The notes below the pieces were generated by a model. It was not told the DNA's origin, made no database searches, and saw only the letters and a list, made by a program, of their open reading frames with translations. A stretch of 56,637 bases of DNA, the filler included, from Sphacelaria rigidula (Eukaryota), in assembly GCA_964200075.2 (NCBI GenBank). It is 7 parts of 7 records of this genome, joined end to end, with 100 filler letters (N's around TTAATTAATTAA, not from the genome) between each part and the next. Parts side by side here need not be neighbours in the genome. Positions count along the whole stretch, not along the records: positions 16,213 to 24,217 come from CAXNAA020012676.1; positions 24,318 to 32,322 come from CAXNAA020012677.1; positions 32,423 to 40,427 come from CAXNAA020012678.1; 4 more parts are not named here. One strand, given 5' to 3'. Below are positions 24,172 to 35,400 of the stretch, piece by piece. Position numbers and translations under genes: made by a program. The stretch's first letter is position 1. Every line of letters starts with the position of its first letter.

Positions 24172-24217
24172 GCCCCGGTGGCTCAGTTGGTAACTTCGTA
24201 ACCTTCTGACGGTTGAG
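24172..24217 (+). repeat. tRNA-derived SINE-like 5' head, truncated by contig end
   Basis: GCCCCGG followed by A-box TGGCTCAGTTGG, but no D-stem closure (no GAGC), so not an intact tRNA. Confidence 0.4.
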
Positions 24218-25286
24218 NNNNNNNNNNNNNNNNNNNNNNNNNNNNNNNNNNNNNNNNNNNNTTAATTAATTAANNNNNNNNNNNNNNNNNNNNNNNNNNN
24301 NNNNNNNNNNNNNNNNNTAATAATAATAATAATAATAATAATAATGGCCATGACTGCTTGACAGTATATGTGTTCAAGGAGGTGCCAGGTTTCTTCCGAT
24401 AACGAAGACTGTGTGTTTGTGAACAACAACTGTTTTGAAGTCTTCATGCTCTAGTGAGGGAGGAGGCCCTTGGAGCAGTCTTGTGACCTTGCTCTGAGTC
24501 CAGGAGGGGTCTATAAGCCCAACCCACACTGAGGCGAGAAAGAAGACTTCCGCACCTTTGTTTGGGGGACAGAAGCTCGCACGAAAGTACCGAAATATCC
24601 TTTTGTAATTGAAACACGAACGTGCACATAAAGGACGTCATGCCAGGGATCGACCTCGTGACCACCGGGGCGCAGAAGTGTCACACAAAGAGTTTCAACC
24701 TGGGCGCAATTTCGGGAGTGTTTAGCCGATGTTTTACCAGGATCTTTTGCACGCGAGTGTAAAGTTTGTGGCGGAGATACCGCCGTTTGTTTTTCGCGGG
24801 AGTAATTCTATGACAGGGGTGCACTTTTTGAGTCCGAGAGGTTTCTGAGGCTGCACACTAAGGCCCACATGTTGGCCACCGGGAGGCTCCCAAAATGCAT
24901 AGCCTCAGGAACAAATTGTGCACCCCCACCGTAGAACCACTCATGGCATTATGGCATTTTCCAGCTTTGCATACGTTTCAAATCGCTCTGACTTTCTGTT
25001 TTGTTTTCCCCACGGTATCCCCACGAATTTTGCGCGTGTTGATGAATATGTCGTGTCAAAATGTCAGTGCCTAACTCCCTCAAATTTAGTCTCGCATCAC
25101 CTGTAAACCGAAACAAAAACTATCGGCTGGCCAAGCTCGTAAAAATTTACGGACGACTCGGAAAAGCAAAGTGAAAAAGTACAAAAACCGTTGTATACAT
25201 GGTACGCTGGTAGGCGGGTCATAAGCGGCCAAAAAGACAAAAGACGGAAACTGCTTAGGTCAGCATACCGAACAAGTCCGAACGGG

Positions 25287-25330
25287 GCAACGCAACGCAA
25301 CGCAACGCAACGCAACGCAACGCAACGCAA
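25287..25330 (+). repeat. (CGCAA)n pentanucleotide microsatellite
   Basis: About 8-9 perfect units. Confidence 0.95.
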
Positions 25331-25389
25331 GAGACGGTGAGACCACGCGACGAGGGCTAAATTTGGAAGGATAATACAACTCAGCAACG

Positions 25390-25831
25390 AACAGTCGATC
25401 ATCGAAATGGAGGATGGAGCTCTTCATTAAGGATGATAACCCGGAAAATTTTCATGTTCGAATCCACACCAGTTCTTCGAGATATGGTTATGGTCATTCA
25501 TCTGCTGGCTATTGACAAGTACTACGCGCCGTACAAATTTGGACTCCGAACACCGAATTTGGGGGTCCTAGGTGGTAAAAGAAAATCTTGGGAATCTACG
25601 TGATGAGGTGAAAATCACGTAGATTCCCAAGATTTTCTTTTTCACCTGGGACCCCCGAATTTCGGTGTTCGGAATCCAAATTTGTATGGTGTGTAGTAGT
25701 CGTCAACAGCTACCAGCAGATGAAGGAATATAACCATATCTCGAAGAATTGGTGTGGATGCGAACATTACATTTCTTTTGGTTATCATCCTGAATGCAAA
25801 GCTCCATCCTCAATTTCGATAATCGGCTGTT
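25390..25831. mobile_element. ~440-bp foldback element (arms ~215 bp, loop ~9 nt)
   Basis: aacagtcgatcatcgaaatggaggatggagc...gggaatctacgtgat|gaggtgaaa|atcacgtagattccc...gctccatcctcaatttcgataatcggctgtt. Confidence 0.88.
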
Positions 25832-26047
25832 AACGAGCCTACCAAAGGGGAAAGAAAAAGCACAAAGCAGAAGAGAAATTGACGTGGTAGCATGGAACAA
25901 GTCAGTAACTACACCAAACAATGTTTTCGTGAGATTGAGAGTAACAGACCGGACTGAGAGTCATCAAATTATTCGAAAGACGGTCACATGCACCTTTCAT
26001 ATTGTTGCACGATACGTTGTCGTGTAGCATAATAAGAGGCTAGTTGA

Positions 26048-26149
26048 CCCTTAGACCGCGAGGGTAGGTCATCTGCTGAATCGACATCAATTTTCACTCC
26101 GAAAAAGTACGCGTGATCCAGATGGACTACCCGCACCGCGGTCTAAGGG
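26048..26149. mobile_element. piggyBac-like MITE nested in the left arm (mirror copy 28331-28432)
   Basis: gaggctagTTGA|CCCTTAGACCGCG...CGCGGTCTAAGGG|TTAAccgtcg. Matching empty site gaggctagTTAAccgtcg at 27166-27183. Confidence 0.92.
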
Positions 26150-27235
26150 TTAACCGTCGTTAGGCTACGTTTTAGACTGGTTGACACAATTTTACAAGTA
26201 TCGCTACCCATAACATGAACCCTAACCCACCGCATACCGAGAACCCTCGGGCAAGAGCGGGACATACATTCCCTGAGCAAAGTGCGGCCTTGGTAGATCC
26301 CAAATCGGCGAGGAGCACACGGGACTGTCAGCCCTACTTAAGTTCCGATTCTCGTCGTTCACACTCAAATCAAGTAACATCAACTATTCTGGAACGTAGC
26401 TCAACGCCGGTAAACTCTACTGAAACAAATTGTCAGCAGATGCCCCTAAAATAGGGTTCACACGCCCGAGACGAAAGAGTATCAAGACTAAACGCGCCGG
26501 TTGATGACTCGCGTATGATGTCTCGCCTTTTCCTTTCGAGAAAGAACACAATACGTCGTGGGTCACGGTAGTTCGAGTTCGTTATCGCTTAACACTGTTG
26601 ACATCTTCGCAGACTGTAACGTAGGTCCCAACCGTTAAGTTCCGGCTCGAATCTTTCCTTGGTCTGAGACTCGAAATAATGCTAACGACCACCGTACACC
26701 TGCACCAGCCACCTGGCAACAAGATGCCGTTTGTGTGTGCAACCATTATATAATATAGCCCAACGACGGCTCGGAAAATAACCGGAACCAATGGGAAGTC
26801 AATTCTTGTGGTCCGGAGCGCATTTTTTTCTCTATTAAAGGAAAAACTGACGACGGTGTCCGTTCCATTCTTGGGAATGGTACCTGACCGGTAGGGTACC
26901 TCATCATTGTACATGATAATCGTAATAACTTCGTCATGGCATGGGAATTTCACGATGCAACCTATCGGGTGGCTGTCGATAAAGCATATTTGATTTGTTA
27001 AAACAATGTGTACTGTATTTATGTTGACCATACCGATATCTCTAATTCTAACTAGAGCACGTAGGAGAGATTAATTCGTAATCAGATGGCATACGCCCTG
27101 CATCTACTATCGGGAACATAGGCTGGGACTTCACTTCTGATTATCAAGGAGGTGGCCGATCGACGGAGGCTAGTTAACCGTCGTTGCGCTATGTTCTAGA
27201 ATGGTTGACATAATTTTACATGTATCGCTACCCTT

Positions 27236-27475
27236 CACACGCCAGACAACTCATTCCATACAACTCATTCCATACAATTCATTTTCGTACAACCCAGCTA
27301 TTGAGATATACTGTATGACTCAGGGGTATCTATTCCCACTAGCAGGGTTACATTGTACAGCTCAGCGGTACCATTTTCCACCAGCTGATTTATTTGGTAT
27401 AACCCAGCGGTACCCTTTCCCACTGGACAGATCATATCACAGAACTGAGTTATATCATGAGTTGTCCAACGTGTG
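27236..27475. mobile_element. 240-bp MITE with CACAC...GTGTG ends and 8-bp TSD (hAT- or P-like)
   Basis: TSD ctaccctt at 27228-27235 and 27476-27483. TIR cacacgccagacaactcat vs cacacgttggacaactcat. Absent from the two outer arm copies. Confidence 0.85.
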
Positions 27476-29319
27476 CTACCCTTAATCCCATAACCCCAAC
27501 CCAACGCATACCGAGAATCCTTGGGTAAGGGCGGAGCATACATTCTCTAGGCAAAGTGCGGCCTTGGTAGACCCCAAATCGATTTCAACGAAAAACGCGT
27601 TCTATACATGCGAGCACACGGGACTGTCAGCCCCACAAAAATTGCGATCGTCGTCGTTGACACTTGAATCAAGTAATATTAACCATTCTAAAACGTAGCC
27701 CAACGCCGGTAAACTCTTTTGCACTGCAGTAAGGTTTACCGGCGTTGGGCTACGTCATAGAATGATTGATATTACTCGATTTGAGTGTCAAGTACGATGG
27801 TTAAATTGCCTCGTCTATACCACCGCTCCTGTTCCACCTCTCCCGTACTTGGAGCGTGGGGCATCGGGATCCACTTTTTTTCGGCATGTAGCAGTACAAC
27901 TCCACCTCTATCCCATCCATGCCCCCTCCTCGACAGAGGGCTTGGCCGACACAAACCGCCGACTGTGCGCATTTCGTCGTAATGTAGCTTCTTGAATATA
28001 AAGACACGTTGATCCAGTAGAGATTCCCGGCGTTGGGCTACGTTCCAGAATAGTTGATATTACTTGATGTGAGTGTGAACGACGAGAATCGGAACTTAAG
28101 TAGGGCTGACAGTCCCGTGTGCTCCTCGCGTGCACAGAACGCGTTTTTCGTTGAAATCGGCGCCACAGGCGCCGATTTGGGATCTACCAAGGCCGCACTT
28201 TGCTCAGGGAATGTATGTCCCGCTCTTGCCCGAGGGTTCTCGGTATGCGGTGGGTTAGGGTTTATGTTATGGGTAGCGATACTTGTAAAATTGTGTCAAC
28301 CAGTCTAAAACGTAGCCTAACGACGGTTAACCCTTAGACCGCGGTGCGGGTAGTCCATCTGGGTCACGCGTACTTTTTCGGAGTGAAAATTGATGTCGAT
28401 TCAGCAGATGACCTACCCTCGCGGTCTAAGGGTCAACTAGCCTCTTATTATGCTACACGACAACGTATCGTGCAACAATATGAAAGGTGCATGTGACCGT
28501 CTTTCCAATAATTTGATGACTCTCAGTCCGGTCTGCTATTCTCAATCTCACGAAAAAAATGTTTTAAAGAGACAAGAGGACGAAAAAAGGCAAGGGGGGA
28601 AAGGGTGTGAAGAAAGCGAAATAGGAAGATGAAACAGTCATTGGACCACAAGCGGGGGGGCGCGGGGGGGGGGGGGGAGTATGGTCAGTCGGCCGTGCGT
28701 ATATACCCGCAGTATGGATATATATATATATATATATGCCAATGCACCACCTTGTTTGTTGAGTTTTGGGGATGATCACTTCTGCAATAGAGGTCTGACA
28801 CTCTCCCCCTTGTGATCAAAAGGGCTAAGGTGGCTCCACTCACTCTTCGCAAGAGAGCAATGAATTGTCAACACGTTCATTAATTCATCGTGATTATCTC
28901 GAGCAGCAGTAGCAGCCGCATAGCTCTCCCTGCTGCAACAGTTGTTTTGTACACTGCCAGCGCCCGGTAGGGCAAGTTGTCTCGACATATTTGCGTTGTG
29001 CACCAAAGCGATGACTGCGATGCACAGGACGTATGTGCGAATATCCCTTCTTCCCTCTCGAGTTTTTTTCTTATCTTTCCTTCGTGAGTTATTGGCGACG
29101 GAACTTTTCAGAATCGTTTTCAGAACAAAACTGCCAATAACTCACCAAGAAAAAGAAAAATAACTGGGGGGGCAACGAGGGGTCTTCGCACATACATCCT
29201 GCACATAATGTCGAAATTTTATCGAAAACATTTTGAAAGTGAACAGCATCATTGCATTTGCATTATTCGTGGCAGGTACATTTCCACATACTATATAGAC
29301 CCCAGTTGTCGACATATTG

Positions 29320-29638
29320 ACGCGAGTCATGGGCTCCATTTTTAATCGTTGTCGATGAAATTTTGACACGATGTACAGGGCGTATGTGCGAAGATATAAT
29401 ATACCCCTCCCCCTGCCCCCCCTGTATTTTTTTTTCTTCGTGAGTTATTGGCGACGGAGTATTTTAGAACTGTTTTTTCGGAACAAAATGGACAGTAACA
29501 TACGAAGAAAAATAAAATCAGGTGGGGGGGGGGGGGGGGGTGAAAGGTTGTGTCTTCGCACATAGCTCTACAGTATGTCCTGTACATCGTGTCAACAGTC
29601 ATCGAAAACGATTCAAATTGAGCCCATATGACTCGCGT
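29320..29638. mobile_element. MITE with ~75-bp imperfect TIRs; related partial copy immediately upstream (~29015-29240)
   Basis: acgcgagtcatgggctc...tgacacgatgtacagg pairs with cctgtacatcgtgtca...gagcccatatgactcgcgt. Both copies share the core cttcgtgagttattggcgacgga. Confidence 0.7.
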
Positions 29639-30999
29639 GTCAGCATTCCTGTTCGCATCTTGGGCGGCCCAGGTCGTGTAAGACAGCATTAGACACAATG
29701 AGGTACAAGATACACATACGAGTATTATATTAGCTTTTGGTGGGTACACCTACGCCATTGTTGGACAAAATTGGGTACTCTGCGAGGCCCTTCTTTCCGC
29801 GGTGCTGTTTGGCCCTAAATCGCACTCCTTTTTCGCGAAAGTAGGTGTGCGTGCTCTGCATGGACTGCAGGCGCCGTGCCTTTGCGTCGAGATTGGCTTT
29901 TGAGTAGTTCGGGCCTACAGCACGGACAGCTTCATTTGCACGGCTACCTGCGACTACGTTTGGGCTGAAATAGGTGGTGATGCACCCACTTTCGTCTCTT
30001 GCCCTTGAATATGTGTTTCATTAATGAGTGGAACATCAACTTTTTTTCTGAATGGTGCACATTGTAAGCACCCCTTATGTGAATATTGCACCTGTTTTTT
30101 TTTTTTTTTTCCTTGATGGAAGGAGGAAACCCAACCCAACACTTACCTCGCTGGCGACCGAGACGCACCTGTTGTGGTGCGACGGAGAGTTGAAGACAAA
30201 AAGCACAGGGCACTGGTGGGTGTTCTGTGTATCAAAAGACTCATGTCGCATTATTACCAACAGGCGAAGCACTGACGGTTGCCCGGTGGACGAGGCGTGT
30301 GTATCGATATTTATTTGCTACCGCCTAACCCTGTGTCGTGTGTTCGCCTGCCGCATCGTGACGGGCCTGTGTTATAATTGTTGCGGATTGATACGGGCGA
30401 CGTCGCGGAAGACCTTCAGATTTGATGTCGCGCCGTTAGCTCTACGACTATTAACCCTTGACCCTCACACAGCAAGCGTTGTCTCGGAACACTAACCATC
30501 ACCGGCTGACAGTCCGGAGACGTCCGGGGGTTTCCTGGGGATAGGGGGACGTACTCATTTGTTGCTTGCCTTAGTCGTTTGGCCATTGACGACGCATCCC
30601 TTTCGAGATGGAGCACCGTTCCTACTCCTAATAGAGACTCCTTCAACATTCCGGCGCTCATTACGTTTGTTCCATACATTACACAAAAACATTTTTACAT
30701 ATTATCTTATCTCCGTCCTGTTTCGCCGTCTCTGGCCACCATCTATCTCCTAGTATAGCCATCGTTTTCTCCCTATTGTCTAATGCATCACCACATTTAC
30801 ATACACCTCACCACATTCCCACATTACATGGCCGCGAGGGCAGATGCGATGTAATGTCAGGGAGAGGAAGGAGGTCGCAAGCCACAAATCGTTCAACCCG
30901 CACGCGGTACCGTATATGGCACGGTAAATTCCCGCCACGCGTTTACAGGAGAGTAATGAGCACACTGTGGCATATGTGGCTGTGATTGGATGGTGGGGG

Positions 31000-31710
31000 A
31001 GGTGTAGCACGCCGTGAATCACCAATAACGCCAGGGGCACACCATACTGTTCGTGAGATGATTGTTTCCGCGTTACCGCATTCCCACGTTTCATAGCCGG
31101 TGAAGAAGGTGCGGTTGTATGGCCTGATCCGCGCACCGCATTGTTCACGAGATGGCATACACTGTTCTTGAGATCGTATTGTTCATGGCGTACCGTACTG
31201 TTCATGGCATGATGTTTTCCACCTCACAAAATTAACTGACCACAGTTCGACATAGCATGCCCGAGAAAGAAGGTGAGGTGGTTGTATGGCCTGATGGACA
31301 CTTTCACACAACATACGTGATGAAGGAGGTGCGGTTGTATGGTCTGATGGTCACACCGTCTTGTTCATGATATATCGTACTGTTGATAAGACCGTACTAT
31401 TTTTGGCATACCGTATTGTTCATGACATTATTCCCCCCCCCCCATTTTCCCACATTTCCACAAAACACGTGGATAATCATTGCCGCCTTACACCATTTCG
31501 ACATAATATAGCCCGTAAAGATGGTGCGGTTGTATGGCCTGATGGGCACCTTTTTGTTCATGATATACCGTACTCTTTGTGAGACACCAAGCTATGTCAT
31601 AATTATTCTTCACCTCACCACGTTTCTACGTAACATAGGCAATTAATTATCGCCACTTCACCGCGTTTCGACAAAGCGTAGCCGGGCACGAAGGTGCGGT
31701 TGTATGGGGT
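31000..31710 (+). repeat. Degenerate tandem repeat, core GAAGGTGCGGTTGTATGGCCTGAT (about 5 copies)
   Basis: Core at ~31105, 31276, 31326, 31520 and 31690, with shared taccgtactgttcatg blocks. Confidence 0.7.
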
Positions 31711-31839
31711 TCGACATGTTGGCATTTAAGAAAGTGAATTTGCAACTGTACCCCCCTGAGAGTTTAATCTGCCCCAACTACTAAAAGTGATCGGGCAACG
31801 CAGCCGTCTCAAAGAACCCATGATCTAAACGGCACTCAC

Positions 31840-32125
31840 GGTTTTGATCCTCTCTTCCTCCTTATGAGCGAGTCGCCTGGCGAGAACATCGGTCAGCGGC
31901 CGTTCTAAATCTTAGAGAGCCATGGCGAAAACTAACGTCATCAGGTGGTTCATTTTCGTTGGGTCGTTTCTGACAACGCCCCCTCCAGGTGGCATAAGCA
32001 TATAGCGCATAAGATACTTCTTTGCGTAGTCGTTGAGGGAACGGCAGACCTCGTTCGCCTCTGCCTTGAGCACTCCCCCCCTCTCCCTGAGGTCGGTCAC
32101 AGTTTTTCGTCCCACTTGATGTAAC
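31840..32125 (-). pseudogene. Candidate exon with in-frame TAA, unknown protein
   Basis: gtgttAG acceptor and GTGAGT donor. Frame LHQVGRKTVTDL...FAMAL*DLERPLTDVLARRLAHKEEERIKT has a single stop at 31912-31914. Confidence 0.3.
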
Positions 32126-32422
32126 CTAACACGCTTTCGAGCTGTGCTGGAGTGATTACCGCCACCCTCATGTACGCCTGTTGGATGTTTGGGACTAGAA
32201 GCCCGATCGAAGTCATGCTACGATAGAGGAGGGGGGGGGGGGGGGGGGGAGGAGGTAAGTGCTGCCGGTGGTACTCCAGGTTTCGCCGGAACTTGCGTCT
32301 TTTCTTGTTCTTGTTGGCGAAANNNNNNNNNNNNNNNNNNNNNNNNNNNNNNNNNNNNNNNNNNNNTTAATTAATTAANNNNNNNNNNNNNNNNNNNNNN
32401 NNNNNNNNNNNNNNNNNNNNNN

Positions 32423-35400
32423 TGTAAGCTCACAGAGTCGGCGGATCGCGCTGAAGAAGTATCTACGCGATCGAGGGGCATGAGGCCGACAAAAACGTCA
32501 TTGGACACCATCCCTGAAAGTGTGGGAAAAGCACTGTTTTAGGCTGGAACCTCATCTCGGAGTTAAACCTCAATTCGCACAATTTGTTGTCAACTCGAAA
32601 ACATAATAGCCCCCAGCATGGTAAAATTTTTCGTAATGCTTGGTTCACCTAGTGAGTCGTGCGACCATTTCTTGTAGTACTACACCGTTTTCCCCACTAC
32701 AGAGAAAGCCCGCCTTGAGCAAAAATGGACAGGACTACAGATGTCACCGGGCGAATCTCCTTTGTTTTTTCTGAGCAGGGCGAATCCAATTCGCCACAAG
32801 AGACATCATTCGGTACCATAATTTCGCAGACTGATACAAACAGGCACTATGAACGTAGGCTGTCCTCAGAATACGAGATACAGCGTGGCATTCTCCTCGC
32901 TATGTCAGAGATAGATACAGAAACCCTACACCGTACAGTAAAGACTACGCATGCTGAGTTGGAACTGGCAAGGAGTAGGGTGTACTCGTCTAAAAACCAT
33001 GCTTTATTTACCATAGGTCATGATACCTCTGACAGTGACGTATCGGGTAGGCGACGCGGAGGCCGGGGGGGCAGGCGAAACTGCCACTGCCGGGAGTGCG
33101 GCTCTGACCGCAGTGGGAGTTCTACCTCACACCAGCACCCTGACCATGAACGATCAACAAGATTCAATTCCCGATCACATTTCTCATCTCCACATGAGCC
33201 CCACAACAACCACCCCAATCCAACCCCCCAACCCTCATCATCCAATGTTCGCAATTGCAATATATGCCATGATCGAGGTATCGATTACCACACCCGAGGC
33301 AACGGGCGGACTCATGTTGATCGCCGACAAGGCGATCGATATCCTAATCCGAAACAGCGTGCCCCGCATCACGGGGGAAATCACCCCTCCACGTAACCAC
33401 TACCTCAACACCTATACTCACACCAACAACTTCCATCACACAAACAACTTCCATCACACCAACAACCCTCACCACTTCAGTGACTCCCGCCATTCGAGGG
33501 ACTCTCACTCGCGTGCAAACTTTGTACAATGGAGTGAGCCAGCGACTACTGACGAAGCCTTCACCCCACCGGGTAGGGACGGTTTCGACGGTGCTGGATA
33601 TTTCCATTGCGTGCAAAGTCATGAGGTATCATCACACCAAACACTGCCCCTATATCAGCAACAACACCAGCCTACTTCATACAACGCACCATCATACCCT
33701 CACCAATCCCCACAAAACACCTATCGACCTTCCCCACCAATAGACAACTACTCACAGCGACCTTCCCAACAGTACCAACAATCGGACCAGCAGCATTACT
33801 CCTACTACTATCCTAACCCAGGATACAGCCCTCATCACCAAGAATACCAAACCGCAGCCCTACCTTACGACCAACAACAGCAGCATAAGCAGCCGGCAGC
33901 TTCCCCAGCTACATCTGCTCCGCCTGCCGATACGTCCACCTCGGAGCATCCACGACTATATGTGACATTTTCCATGTCAAAAGGCGAGTCTCGGTTTCGG
34001 CTTGGTAATGTCGATTTGCAGGAATATGCTATGATGCATCGTGGGGAGGTGTCGGGGAGAGGTGATGATTTGGAAGAGTGGATACCTGACACCGGGGCCT
34101 CGCACCATACTGCTGGAAGTATGGAGGGGTTGTTTGAGGTGCAAGTTCCCCCTCATGGTGACGAGAATGTGATTGATCGTAGGAGATGGTACTGTACTCC
34201 CAGTAAGAGCGGTTGGTAGCCTCAACCTCAGATTTTTCATGGGACTGACTGACGGGGCTGAGCTCACTAGTTCTTGTGTGAAGCTCACTAACGTTCATGT
34301 GCTTGATGGTATTCACTTCAACCTCTTCTCTCTACATCAGGCACAGTACAAACAGGACAGTACTTTGACTAGAGCAGGCATATCGTTGTTTAACGGGCAA
34401 CTACAATCAGACCGTAATTCGCGTTCATCTTCTCAACTCGCGAAACGTATGCCGCCCACATCGGATGATGCTTCGATTGCAGTCCCCGCCATGTGGAAGC
34501 ATTCTACGAATACTGTGTCTTCGCGTGATACTGCCAGTAACTCCCCGAGTACTGTGTCCTCGCGTGATACTGTCAGTAACCCCCCGAGTACTGTGTCTCT
34601 TCGTATGCTACTGTCAGAAACCCCCCGAATGCTGTCTTCGTGTGCTTCTGTCGGTACAACCCCGACTACTGTAGCGGAATCTACTGCTACAGAGTCTTCG
34701 CGTGCTACTGTGAGAAACCCCCCGAGTACTGTGTCTTCGTGTGATACTGTCAGTAACTCCCCGAGTACGGTGTCTCCACATGATGCTGTCAGAAACCACT
34801 CGAATGCTGTGTACTCGTGTGCTTCTGTCGGTGCAACCCCGACTACCGTAGCGAAATCTACTGCGATGGAGTCTTCGCGTGCTATTGTGCGAAACCCCCC
34901 ATGTGCGGTGTCTTCGCGTTATACTGTCAACGTATCCAGTAGATTTCCCACGGGATTGACTGCTGTTCCAGGTTTGCACTTACCGGATCTACTGCTGTCC
35001 GAGGAGGATGAGATGGCTCAAAGTAGTCCCCCGGCGTTTTTCCCTCGAATGCTGAGCATTCAGGAATTAAGTGGAGCGGAGTTTTTGGATTTGGCGATTG
35101 CAGTTTAGCCCCCGGCCGTCGGCCATCAACTATCGGCGAACCCCAACAAAGGTTGGACATCAACTAGTTTCACGTTTCCCTCAATTCATGCTCACGAAAC
35201 CATTCTTCAAGCAACCGCCGCCCAACGAAGCATTACTCTCACAGGCCAGTCGGCGCCATGTGCAGGATGTGTGGAGTCAAAAGGACGACGCACCGCGATC
35301 CCAAGGTTGAGTACTCGATCACCCACGGTCCTCGGCATCGTATACCTCGACCTCACGGGACCTCACGTGCGGACACCAGGCGGCTCACTATACATGCTCG

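Larger units (their letters stand above)
25916..28564. mobile_element. 2.6-kb composite element with ~500-bp near-identical inverted arms (25916-~26434 and ~28003-28564)
   Basis: Arms align almost base for base apart from ~40 bp present only in the right arm. Termini match the 6231-6477 MITE. A diverged third arm copy lies at ~27166-27720, with a hairpin at ~27655-27790. Confidence 0.9.

Noticed and set aside
24172-24217. tRNA gene
   Set aside because: A-box only, no D-stem closure or anticodon arm, and truncated. Recorded as SINE-like instead.
26582-27031. 149-aa minus ORF as the transposase of the palindromic element
   Set aside because: No DDE or DNA-binding motif recognisable; composition looks like a shadow frame.
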